Origin: Candidatus Berkelbacteria bacterium
Lineage (GTDB): Bacteria; Patescibacteriota; UBA1384; 2-12-FULL-50-11
Length of the DNA stretch: 64,000 bases
Reading direction: 5' to 3'
NCBI GenBank assembly: GCA_016432625.1
Contig: CP066697.1
Location: forward strand, 522,561 to 586,560
The notes below the pieces were generated by a model, which was not told the DNA's origin, did no database searches, and was given only the letters and a program-made list of their open reading frames with translations. The position numbers were made by a program, and so were the translations under genes. This document shows positions 8,735-19,014 of this stretch, piece by piece. Numbering within the stretch: position 1 is the first letter of the stretch; each line of letters opens with the position of its first letter.

Positions 8735-9673
8735 TTATTCTTTACTAGAAACTACCTCCGGCTCAACGTCCAGTTCAATCTGAAACTTATCACGCACCAC
8801 CTGTTTAACGTGATCAATCAGTCCTAAGATATCTTTTGACGTTGCCCCACCAAGGTTGACGATATAGTTAGCATGCTTCTCGGAGACTTGCGCCTGGCCG
8901 ATCTTAAAACCCTTCAGTTCTGCGTCATCGATAATTTTGCCGGTGGGAATAATTGGAAAAGGGTCGTTTTTGATAAAATCATGAAAATGCGCCATCCAGT
9001 TTTCGGGGACTCGCCCGATTGGCGTGTTTTTAAAAATGGAACCGACATTTGGAAACTCCAACGGATGCCGGTCTTGCCGAAACGCGATCCACTTGTCAGC
9101 TGTAGCGCGCAGTTCAGCCTGATCGCCCTGCCTCAGTTCAACGGCAGCGGAAACGATTACCTCTGAGTGACGTTTATAGATACTGTCGCGGTAGCCAAAC
9201 ATCGCCCCGTCATTTTTGCGCTCGATTTCTCGTCCCGTGGTAGTCTCAATACTTCTAACGCTCGCGATAACGTCTTTCATCTCCCCGCGAAATGCCCCGG
9301 CATTGCCACGGATGGCGCCGCCGAAAGTACCGGGCAAACCGCCCGCCCATTCTAGGCCAGCTAAGCCATTGCTTATCGACGCGTCAACCAATTCGTTCAT
9401 CATATTTGCGGCGCCGGCTCTTAGCGACTGACCTTCGATTTTGAGTTCTTTTATGCCGATTAAAATTACTAACCCCGGCCAACCCTCGTCTGGAAAAATA
9501 ACGTTACTGCCGTGGGCAAGAATAAACAGGGGCCAGTGTTCTTTAGCGACAAGTTGCAGCGCTTCTCGCAAATCAGCTTCAGTTTCGACTTTAACGAAAT
9601 GCTTGGCTTGGCCGCCAACCTTGAAAGTACAGTAGTTCTTTAGGAGGACATCTTCTTCGAGTCTTAGCGCCAT
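8735..9673 (-). CDS. murB: UDP-N-acetylenolpyruvoylglucosamine reductase
   Basis: TFKVGG, GSN, GLPGTFGGAIRGNAGA, YRDS, GSIFKN, KHANYIVN, EPE. Confidence 0.96.
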   Translation of the reverse strand: MALRLEEDVLLKNYCTFKVGGQAKHFVKVETEADLREALQLVAKEHWPLFILAHGSNVIFPDEGWPGLVILIGIKELKIEGQSLRAGAANMMNELVDASISNGLAGLEWAGGLPGTFGGAIRGNAGAFRGEMKDVIASVRSIETTTGREIERKNDGAMFGYRDSIYKRHSEVIVSAAVELRQGDQAELRATADKWIAFRQDRHPLEFPNVGSIFKNTPIGRVPENWMAHFHDFIKNDPFPIIPTGKIIDDAELKGFKIGQAQVSEKHANYIVNLGGATSKDILGLIDHVKQVVRDKFQIELDVEPEVVSSKE

Positions 9674-9682
9674 AACTCAACC

Positions 9683-10273
9683 TTAGGCGTGGATGACGAA
9701 GAATACAAAAAGGACGCGGTAGAACAGCGCCAAGGCTAGCGTCCCCAGGACCCAACGAAAACGCAGGTGCGAGATGCCTCCTGCGTAGGCCATTAACTCC
9801 GTGTTAATGATTGGGATCATGGTGATTATGAAGAAATGTTGCCAACGCAGGTTGTCGCTTAGCTCTTCTATGAAATTGAAATTCCTCGGTGAGAACCAGC
9901 GTTTCAATAACGGTCGGCCAAAGTTTCGTGCGACGTAAAAGTTGATGCTTGAGCCAGCTAAGCCCCCGGCGAGTCGTACGACGATAACGCTCACGGGATC
10001 CATTATGTTTAGTAAAACAACGTCAACGGGCAGGGTCGGTATCGGCACGAAAACCGAAGCAACCATCGTATAGGCGAAATACGACAATAAAGCCGTGCTC
10101 TCGTGTTTTAGTAACTGTTGGACAACTGGGTGCTCGGCGGGGTTAACATATTTCTGAATTAACGCCGAAACAACAGCAATAAAAATGCCAAATAAAAAAA
10201 TAAAGCCGACGATTTGCATAACATGTTTCGGGGGGAGTTTGAGGGAGTTTTTCTTGACTATCTGATGAATCAT
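9683..10273 (-). CDS. VTT/DedA (TVP38) family membrane protein
   Basis: PIP, GSSINFYVAR, YAGGIS motifs; multiple TM helices. Confidence 0.8.
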   Translation of the reverse strand: MIHQIVKKNSLKLPPKHVMQIVGFIFLFGIFIAVVSALIQKYVNPAEHPVVQQLLKHESTALLSYFAYTMVASVFVPIPTLPVDVVLLNIMDPVSVIVVRLAGGLAGSSINFYVARNFGRPLLKRWFSPRNFNFIEELSDNLRWQHFFIITMIPIINTELMAYAGGISHLRFRWVLGTLALALFYRVLFVFFVIHA

Positions 10274-10358
10274 TCGTGAGCCTTAGTATGCCTGATTCGC
10301 TTCGGCTGTTAAACGGTTTCACGAACCTGCGGAGAGAGCAGTAAGCTACAATACTTTT

Positions 10359-11756
10359 ATGCGTCTATGGAGCCGACAAATTGTCAGTAGGAATTTTAGT
10401 AACCAAGCGCGTTGGGTCAGTTTGGCGCTTATCTCAACGCTCTTTATCGCCTCCGTTTATTCGGCGGAGGTTTTACACACGCAAAGAAATTTACGAGCCG
10501 AAACTGACACCATTGCCCAAAATAATGAAAAGTTGCGAAATTTGGCCATCACTTCCTACAAGAATGTCGCCGTAAAAATAACCGAGGCCGAGAGTCTTGG
10601 TGCCGACGTTTCAGCGCAGAAAACCGAGCTTGCAACGAACTACGCCCTTATCCTCACTGAGCATGAATATCTCCAGGCAGCTACTGAACTTACAACGCAG
10701 CTTGCTTCGGTCATGGCTCTAATCACGAGCCAGACCGCAGCGATTGAAGCCGAGAAACAAAAAGGTACGCTGTCGGGCGTAGTTAAAGAAGGTGACAATC
10801 CGTTGTCGGGTGTAAAAGTGGCCCTGAAAGAAGGCAGCAGCGAGCTCGGTTCCGTGCTCACTGGAACAGATGGTCGCTACTTATTGACCGTTAAGGCTGG
10901 CAGCTGGACGCTTGTCGGCAGCAAAAGTGGTTACACCTCGCACACTAAGTCCGGCGTTACAATTAGTGCCGGGCAAACAGCCACCTACGACTTTTCGCTT
11001 TCTAAGGCACCCGCCGCCCCTCCTCCGACTAGTGCCCCACCGCCGAGCTCAGTACTAACCAACGGCGACAGTTCGTACGAAGTCGTGACCGTTAAAGGCT
11101 ACACGGTACATTTATCGAAATTTAATCTCGCGAGCGGCGAGTTCCGCGTTATTACCGATACGGCCAACGACAACGACTGCGTCGACAACTGTCCGACCAA
11201 GTCGCTTTCCAGTTACGTCAGTGACCACGGCGCCTTTGCCGGCATGAACGGTACCTACTTCTGTCCCGCAGACTATTCATCCTGCGCTGGCAAGACCGGC
11301 TCCTTCTACTGGAAAGTTTGGAACAGCCGCCTTAGTAAAATGATCAACGGCAGCAATGGCTCCTTTGAATATGAGCCGTTCCTGACAGTGAACGGCAATA
11401 CGGCCAAATATTATGGTTCCTGGTCTAGCTTTAGCGGCACTATTACCGCCGGTATCAGTTCGTCCCCAGCGTTGGTTTCTGGTGGCAGTAACGTGCTCAA
11501 CCAAAGTAACCTCGATAGCAAACAAAAAACGGTCAAGTCTAACCGCGGCGCGATGGGCCTGAAAGGACAGGTGCTCTACTTGGCGATTGCCAAGAGCGCG
11601 ACCGTCATAGATCTAGCCGATATTATGGACGAGCTCGATGTTGATTACGCGATGAACGTCGACGGCGGCGGGTCGAGCGCGATGATTTATAACAATAGCT
11701 ACAAAGTTGGCCCCGGCCGAAGCCTACCTAACGCACTCGTTGTTGCCCGACGATAG
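10359..11756 (+). CDS. Phosphodiester glycosidase (NAGPA/DUF2233) family protein with a carboxypeptidase-regulatory-like domain
   Basis: N-terminal anchor, coiled coil, GTLSGVV...TDGRY domain, Pro linker, GMNGTYF, NRGAMG, AMNVDGGGSS. Confidence 0.8.
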   Translation: MRLWSRQIVSRNFSNQARWVSLALISTLFIASVYSAEVLHTQRNLRAETDTIAQNNEKLRNLAITSYKNVAVKITEAESLGADVSAQKTELATNYALILTEHEYLQAATELTTQLASVMALITSQTAAIEAEKQKGTLSGVVKEGDNPLSGVKVALKEGSSELGSVLTGTDGRYLLTVKAGSWTLVGSKSGYTSHTKSGVTISAGQTATYDFSLSKAPAAPPPTSAPPPSSVLTNGDSSYEVVTVKGYTVHLSKFNLASGEFRVITDTANDNDCVDNCPTKSLSSYVSDHGAFAGMNGTYFCPADYSSCAGKTGSFYWKVWNSRLSKMINGSNGSFEYEPFLTVNGNTAKYYGSWSSFSGTITAGISSSPALVSGGSNVLNQSNLDSKQKTVKSNRGAMGLKGQVLYLAIAKSATVIDLADIMDELDVDYAMNVDGGGSSAMIYNNSYKVGPGRSLPNALVVARR

Positions 11757-11763
11757 AACTACT

Positions 11764-12054
11764 TCAACTGGGGACGGCAATAAAGTATCCGAAAAAGATT
11801 AAGATTGCTCCCATAGCAACGAGTACGAGCCACCTCCATGAATACGTCTTAAAGAAGTACCAGCTAAAGCCGAGATACGTTATGAAAGATAGCCCCAAAC
11901 TAACCAGTGAAATTACGTCTCTCCATTTGGAGTGAGTAAGGTCGGCAAAATAGTTAATGCCGCTCGACCCGATATAAAGTTCGGGTAAAAAAGTATTCAA
12001 AAATAAAAGCCAAACAGCCACAGCGGCAACTAATGCTTTGGCTCTAATAGTCAT
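11764..12054 (-). CDS. Hypothetical membrane protein
   Basis: 96 aa with three hydrophobic segments; start abuts the tRNA 3' end. Confidence 0.6.
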   Translation of the reverse strand: MTIRAKALVAAVAVWLLFLNTFLPELYIGSSGINYFADLTHSKWRDVISLVSLGLSFITYLGFSWYFFKTYSWRWLVLVAMGAILIFFGYFIAVPS

Positions 12055-12056
12055 TG

Positions 12057-12268
12057 TGCGAGTACCTGGATTTGAACCAGGGACCTCGTCATTATCCGCC
12101 GCGGCTCTGCCGCAGAGGAATTTAAAATCTTTGTGGGCGTATCTGGATTTGAACCAGAGACCTCGTCATTATCAGTGACGCGCTCTAACCAACTGAGCTA
12201 TACGCCCAGGTTCCCACACAAGATTTTAAATATCAGTGACGCGCTCTAACCAACTGAGCTATACTCGC
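12057..12268 (-). tRNA. tRNA-Ile(GAU), outer gene, interrupted by a 138-nt insertion in the anticodon loop
   Basis: 5' half 12268-12231 GCGAGTA-TAGCTCAGTTGGTTAGAGC-GCGTCA-CTGATA; 3' half 12092-12057 ATGACG-AGGTC-CCTGG-TTCAAAT-CCAGG-TACTCGC-A; the halves form a perfect cloverleaf. Confidence 0.88.
12134..12207 (-). tRNA. tRNA-Ile(GAU), intact, nested in the outer tRNA insertion
   Basis: GGGCGTA...CGTCA-CTGATAA-TGACG-AGGTC-TCTGG-TTCAAAT-CCAGA-TACGCCC-A. Confidence 0.96.
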
Positions 12269-12344
12269 ATGAATCAAATTGTAATGTATGCGTGACGCGC
12301 TTAACTCCATCAAGTTTAAATCAGTTAACAGATAAAATCCACCC

Positions 12345-12384
12345 CTAAATGTAAAGCTCTACCGAAGTAGAGCTTTACATTTAG
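12345..12384 (-). other. Perfect 18-bp hairpin with cUUCGg tetraloop in the 16S-tRNA spacer
   Basis: CTAAATGTAAAGCTCTAC-TTCG-GTAGAGCTTTACATTTAG on the minus strand. Confidence 0.8.
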
Positions 12385-12478
12385 CCATTCAACGCGCGTT
12401 GAACACTTGGCGGCTGCAAGAAACAATCTTTCTCGTCTGAAGTAACACTTCAGCCTCGACCTAGAAGAAAATTCCTCT

Positions 12479-13937
<1,459 letters not shown>

Positions 13938-14194
13938 CTTCGGTGGAGTTCTTATGAGAGTCCACTTCTTGCTCTTTCCTGGCGGAAAGTGCATGTAGTC
14001 TAACTCTCAACTCTAACCGAAGCGCTCAGAAACTCCTTTGTGTGCTGCTTGATTTGCTGTCGTGTCTTACGACGCGTCGTCAGTTGACGACTGCGACAAC
14101 AGGCTGGCACGCTAAGGGTTCTTAAATGCGGGCACCATTTCGTTTGACCGAAATGGGTACATATATTAACTCATATGTAAGAAGTTTGTAGTGT

Positions 14195-14212
14195 GTTTCT
14201 TGCAACCGCCAA
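14195..14212 (-). other. 5' arm of the 16S processing stem (pairs with 12407-12424)
   Basis: UUGGCGGUUGCAAGAAAC pairs with GUUUCUUGCAGCCGCCAA, 18 bp including one G-U. Confidence 0.8.
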
Positions 14213-14333
14213 ATACTCATGCCTTAAGGCATCAATTTCGCTAACAAGTCAGCGAAACATCACCTGACGGTTGTGGTCAGTTGTTAAATTTCTAGTTGTG
14301 ACCTCGATGTCTCGAGAAACAGAACTTACGGCA

Positions 14334-14362
14334 ATTTTATGATTAAGCCGCAGCAAAGTCAA
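14334..14362 (-). promoter_or_regulatory. Sigma70 promoter of the rRNA transcript
   Basis: TTGACT-N17-TAAAAT. Confidence 0.8.
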
Positions 14363-14374
14363 GGGCAAAGAGTC

Positions 14375-16897
14375 CTAGGAATGGAGGTTACGAAAACTGC
14401 GCTGCAAACGACGTAAATGCTCGATTTTCAGTTTATGGACAAACATCACCGCCAAACTGCAGAGCATTAGCAAGATCACTAAAACGCTTACCACTACTAC
14501 AGAGCCCTGCTTTATGCCAAGGATTTTAAACTGGTCTTTGAGACTTATGTCTTCGCCCTCTGTAATATCGGGCAGGTTTATTGCCTGTTCGGTCTTGCTA
14601 ACCTGGGTGCCCGGTGAAGTATCAGCACTGTTATTCTTCTTACTTTTCGAATTAGTCGAGCCGGAGGTCCCTGCGTTAGGGGTCGAAGAAGTACTTGCTG
14701 CATCATTATTGGTACTAGTGTTGTTGTATCTATCGGCACTGCCGGGATCTATCGGCGGGGGTGTTGTCGGCCCAACGTCGCTGGTGATGAACGGCACAAA
14801 ACCAACCTGTAAGGCTGGTGAACCCGACTTCAACTCGTAGTTATCATGCCCCGGATCTTTGAAGAGCGGGTCGGCAATTACCGAATGGGTATCGTACCCA
14901 AATGCCTTCCATTGATCCCAGCTCAACTGTGAACCAGCCGATTCCGGGTGCGTTACTGACAAAGCGACGCCACCGTTCCAAATTACATTGTAGTCAACGA
15001 CGTTGCCGGTATTGCCGATAAAATATCTAACCCAGTATAGGCGGACGCTAGGGTGGCTTGGGAAGTAGAAAATATTCTTGGTTATTTTATTGCCTGCGTA
15101 TGCGGTAGCGTTGGTCATTGTCTCGGTTATAGTGCTTAGCTCTGGGTATTTCGCAAAATACTTGTCGTGATCAAACCCATTTGCGCTCATTGCTGAAAGC
15201 TCATTCCACATTGTGGAATAGAGGCTAACTGATACGTCCCTACCTTGCAGATACGTATTAGATTCAGTTAGCGACTCAGAAAATATATTGTTAGTTACTG
15301 TGTTGTCGCGACCGCCATGAACTTGGACGCCGCCTTTCGGTGATCGGGCGACGACATTGTTGTAAACCCAGGTGCCGCTGGAGAAGTCGTCCAGATATAT
15401 GCCCCAGGAGAAATAATTGAAGATCCATACGCTACCAGATCGTCCGTAACCACCCGTATCGTGCACGAAGTTATTATTAATGACATTGCCTCGGTACAGC
15501 CAAGATCGGGCGATAGTATAGATTCCTCCAGAATCTTGAGTTTCTCGGTTGGTGTTATGAACATGGTTCGATTCAACGACGGTATCGTTGCCAACGAGAA
15601 AGATACCGACACGGGGGGTATCATAAACCTCGTTATTCGCGATCTTTAGACCTACCGTACTGCTAGCCTTGATGCCGCTACCCCACTTTATAATTTGTCC
15701 GACCAAGTATACTCGATTATTTGTAATGCTATGCCCAGATGATGACAAGTTCTTACGGTAAGAGTAATCGGTCTGGTCAATCATAATCCCGTCGTCGCCA
15801 GTATCATGGATGATGTTATTGTTAATGCTCACACGTTCCGACGAGCCTTGGACAAAAATGCCTCGCTCAGTTGTGTTTCGTATCACAGAGTTGTCGATAG
15901 TAATGTCTTTGGAACTAATTAGATATAAGGCGTGTCTCTGTGATTCTTCGAGAACAAGATGGGAAAATTTGATGTTATTGGCGCCGTTCGGATTGAAAAT
16001 ATAGTTTGAGATTGGGACGGAAATGCGATCGGAGTTAATGTTAATCCCCGCTGGCGGAATCAGTAAAACTTTTTTGGCACTAGCATCGAAGAACCATTCA
16101 CCGGGTGCGTCTAGCTCCTCGCGAATATTTTCAACGAAAAAGCGATTACCAGGCAATAGGTTATAGGTTACGTCGCTACCGAAATTGATGGTTCGGCCTG
16201 CTTTGTTTAAGGCCGATATCGGAACAATTGAATTCCAGTAGTTTGGGCCAGAATAAATGTTAACCGAACCTGTTGTCGGATTGCTCCAACTCTCAGGCCG
16301 CGTGAAAGTATCGCTGTAAACAACCTTATTCTTCACCTCCGGTGTATTACTGGCCGCAAAAACGAAATTGCCTTCCCATGGATCAGTCTTAGAGAAATTT
16401 GGGGCAATATAATTCGGGTAACGAGCTGGTATTTGGCGGACACCATTAACGAAAAGGTCTTTAACTGTTTGAGTCCCCAAGCCGTTGGCAGTTAGGTCTA
16501 CCTCATAAATCCCGCCACCAATTGCCGTAAACCCGGCCAGCGCCTTACTGCCACGCACTACTACCACCTCATTCTGATATGACTGATACGTGACAACTCC
16601 GCCGCCCTTGCCGGAGTCGGCTGAAGTTAAGTTTATTGGATTGGATAGTTCGTAAACGCCGCCGCGTAGATTTATATTGACGTTACCAGCCGTGGAGCGA
16701 GCAGACAGTTTGGCTTTTTCAATGGTTTTGAACGGTGCGTCAATCGTGCCTGAATTGCTATCGCTACCCGTCGATGAGACGTAAAACTCAGCGCTGGCAC
16801 TGCTCGCCTCGTACTGCTCAGCGCTAAAAAACCTCGAGGCCAGACCAATCGTCAGGACGAGCAAGACGTACAACATGATTCTGACCCGTGCTTCCAT
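14375..16897 (-). CDS. Surface right-handed beta-helix protein (pectin-lyase-like/GH141-like) with C-terminal TM anchor
   Basis: FYVSSTGSDSNSGT..PFKTI, ELDAPGEWF, DSGGIY, GIYLDD, ADPLFKDP...LKSGSPA; Ser/Thr linker and TM. Confidence 0.8.
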   Translation of the reverse strand: MEARVRIMLYVLLVLTIGLASRFFSAEQYEASSASAEFYVSSTGSDSNSGTIDAPFKTIEKAKLSARSTAGNVNINLRGGVYELSNPINLTSADSGKGGGVVTYQSYQNEVVVVRGSKALAGFTAIGGGIYEVDLTANGLGTQTVKDLFVNGVRQIPARYPNYIAPNFSKTDPWEGNFVFAASNTPEVKNKVVYSDTFTRPESWSNPTTGSVNIYSGPNYWNSIVPISALNKAGRTINFGSDVTYNLLPGNRFFVENIREELDAPGEWFFDASAKKVLLIPPAGININSDRISVPISNYIFNPNGANNIKFSHLVLEESQRHALYLISSKDITIDNSVIRNTTERGIFVQGSSERVSINNNIIHDTGDDGIMIDQTDYSYRKNLSSSGHSITNNRVYLVGQIIKWGSGIKASSTVGLKIANNEVYDTPRVGIFLVGNDTVVESNHVHNTNRETQDSGGIYTIARSWLYRGNVINNNFVHDTGGYGRSGSVWIFNYFSWGIYLDDFSSGTWVYNNVVARSPKGGVQVHGGRDNTVTNNIFSESLTESNTYLQGRDVSVSLYSTMWNELSAMSANGFDHDKYFAKYPELSTITETMTNATAYAGNKITKNIFYFPSHPSVRLYWVRYFIGNTGNVVDYNVIWNGGVALSVTHPESAGSQLSWDQWKAFGYDTHSVIADPLFKDPGHDNYELKSGSPALQVGFVPFITSDVGPTTPPPIDPGSADRYNNTSTNNDAASTSSTPNAGTSGSTNSKSKKNNSADTSPGTQVSKTEQAINLPDITEGEDISLKDQFKILGIKQGSVVVVSVLVILLMLCSLAVMFVHKLKIEHLRRLQRSFRNLHS

Positions 16898-16982
16898 TTA
16901 AGCTAGCATAAGTCTATGTACCAAAATTTGCACGTCAGGGGTTTGCTGTGACCGACGCGGGGTTCGCGAAGCGCAACGAAAA

Positions 16983-17576
16983 CTAAACCAGGACCTTGTC
17001 AACGAGACCGTATTCGACCGCCTCGCTGCCACTCATCCAAAAGTTACGGTCAGTGTCGTGTTCGATTTTCTCTAGTTTTTTGCCCGTATTCTCAGCCAGG
17101 ATATGATTAAGACGCTGTTTGATGTAAAGAATTTCTTTGGCTTGTATCTCAACGTCACTAGCCTGGCCCTCAGCGCCACCCATTACCTGGTGAATCATGA
17201 CCCGAGAATTAGGTAACGCGAAACGCTTGCCTTTGGCCCCGCCAGCTAAAAGAAACGCCCCCATTGATGCGGCCATGCCGATGCAGATCGTTGAGACGTC
17301 CGGCTTGATGTGCTTCATCGTGTCGTAAATTGCGAGACCCGCCGAGACCGAGCCGCCCGGGCTGTTGATATATATCTGAATGTCTTTAGTGGCGTTCTCC
17401 GACTCGAGGAATAATAGCTGCGCCATAATGACGTTAGCGAGATGATCCTCAACCGGTCCGCCGACAAAAATAATTCGGTCGCGAAGTAAGCGCGAATAAA
17501 TATCGTAGGCTCGTTCGCCAAACGCCGTTTTTTCGATAACCATCGGAACGAGTATCTGGTTCTTTGGTTCTTCCAT
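16983..17576 (-). CDS. clpP: ATP-dependent Clp protease proteolytic subunit
   Basis: [33 protein letters not shown]. Confidence 0.98.
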   Translation of the reverse strand: MEEPKNQILVPMVIEKTAFGERAYDIYSRLLRDRIIFVGGPVEDHLANVIMAQLLFLESENATKDIQIYINSPGGSVSAGLAIYDTMKHIKPDVSTICIGMAASMGAFLLAGGAKGKRFALPNSRVMIHQVMGGAEGQASDVEIQAKEILYIKQRLNHILAENTGKKLEKIEHDTDRNFWMSGSEAVEYGLVDKVLV

Positions 17577-17582
17577 GGGTTG

Positions 17583-17611
17583 AGTGTAAAGCTTGCTTTA
17601 CATTTCGTCAA
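17583..17611 (-). promoter_or_regulatory. clpP promoter, likely leaderless transcript
   Basis: TTGACG-N17-TACACT, 6 nt before the ATG. Confidence 0.7.
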
Positions 17612-17686
17612 CGTTATTCCTTGAAATGAACGATCTACGTCGATACAATGCCCATGTTTCGAAATTTCCATTCACGGAGGAGCCCA

Positions 17687-18448
17687 TTGAAGAATGCTCA
17701 CGCAATTATCCTGGCAGGCGGTAAACGCTTACCGGACCTTGAGTCGTACTGCGGCGTTTCGCACGTCGCCAACATACCTGTAAACGGTGTTCGCATGGTA
17801 GAGCGAGTTGCGTCAGCGTTCCGAGATGCCGGCGTGCAAAAGATCACCGTTGTCGGCGCGAAAGTTGCCGACTGCCAAGAAGCTGCGGCGGGCTTAAGCC
17901 TGCTGGGTAGCTTGAAGAATGGACTGGATCTGGCCGACTACAGCGACCGGGTGATTCTGTCGACGTGCGATATGCCTTTCCTGGAAGCCAAGGAGGTCTC
18001 GGAGTTCCTGTCGCGCCAAAACGGTAGCACCTTGTACTGCGCTGTCGTGCCTGTCGCGGCTTGCCGCGACAAGTACCCAGAGCTAAGTCGTACATCGCTC
18101 ACAACCGCTGAGGGCGAGTTCACGCTTGGCAACATCTTCTCTGGTGAGAAGTGGGTGTGGGATACGGTTCTGCCATTCGTCGAGCGCGCCTACAAGGCCA
18201 GGAAAAACAAGCTCCGGCTTGCTTGGATGCTCGGGCCGTTCATAGCGGTCCGATATCTCCGAGCGCGAACTAAACCCGAGGTGCTGAGAATTAGCGACCT
18301 CGAGCACAGAGCGCGCAAGCTTGCCAAGTGTCCTGTCAGCGCCGTGATCGGTGACTGGCCCGGTATCGGCACAGACATCGACTCCACAGCTCACTTCCAA
18401 GCTGCCGAGCCTTACTTCCCTCAACTCGTTTCCGTCCGGACGTTGTGA
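17687..18448 (+). CDS. MobA-like NTP-transferase family protein
   Basis: IILAGG, STCDMPFL, GTDID; TTGAAA-N17-TACAAT promoter (17621-17649) and GGAGG before TTG at 17687. Confidence 0.8.
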   Translation: MKNAHAIILAGGKRLPDLESYCGVSHVANIPVNGVRMVERVASAFRDAGVQKITVVGAKVADCQEAAAGLSLLGSLKNGLDLADYSDRVILSTCDMPFLEAKEVSEFLSRQNGSTLYCAVVPVAACRDKYPELSRTSLTTAEGEFTLGNIFSGEKWVWDTVLPFVERAYKARKNKLRLAWMLGPFIAVRYLRARTKPEVLRISDLEHRARKLAKCPVSAVIGDWPGIGTDIDSTAHFQAAEPYFPQLVSVRTL

Positions 18449-18468
18449 CGCCAAGACGGAAACACGTC

Positions 18469-18498
18469 TTTTACCCCTCCCCACGGAGGGGTAAAAAA
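18469..18498. terminator. Terminator between convergent genes
   Basis: TTTTACCCCTCC-CCAC-GGAGGGGTAAAA; U-run on the minus strand. Confidence 0.75.
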
Positions 18499-18518
18499 TA
18501 CCCCAAACAAGTTATCTG

Positions 18519-18899
18519 CTAGCTGTGGTAAGCGCTTTCCGTGCTATCGGACATAATGAAGAAGAGCCGGGCAATGATGTAAGCGACGAGCGCGTAAACA
18601 ACCATCGCTAGTAACGTCGACGACTCAAAGACCGTTCCCTCCTCTACTGGCGAAGCAAAGATACCTCGGAACGGGGCGACAAAAGGCCCGGTCAGATCGT
18701 AGACAAAGTCGACGAGACCATTAGCGGCGTTTGCAGCAAATAGCTTGAAAGCGAACCTGATAACTAGCAGCCCTTCCAGGACACTCAAGACGTAGTAAAC
18801 AACCTGAGTGGCCTTAAAGGCAGTGGCTTCCCCGGTTTCGTCGACCACGTCCGGTCGCCAAGTTACCCGCTCTCGACGTAATTCTCGTGTCATAGCCAT
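18519..18899 (-). CDS. YggT family membrane protein
   Basis: RFAFKLFAAN...LTGPFVAPFRGIF; strong RBS AGGAGG before ATG at 18899. Confidence 0.8.
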   Translation of the reverse strand: MAMTRELRRERVTWRPDVVDETGEATAFKATQVVYYVLSVLEGLLVIRFAFKLFAANAANGLVDFVYDLTGPFVAPFRGIFASPVEEGTVFESSTLLAMVVYALVAYIIARLFFIMSDSTESAYHS

Positions 18900-19014
18900 T
18901 CCAACCTCCTTCCTTTTCCTAGAGGACAACAAACCTAACGCCTCAACCAGATTACGCAAAAATTACTGCAATCTCTTTACCTATAGTTGCAAAGTTAGGA
19001 CCGATAATCGCAGA

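Noticed and set aside
12057-12268. Nested tRNA as a group I intron or simple misassembly
   Set aside because: Too little non-tRNA sequence for a ribozyme core; the copies differ by compensatory pairs and have unique structured flanks. Read check is still advised.
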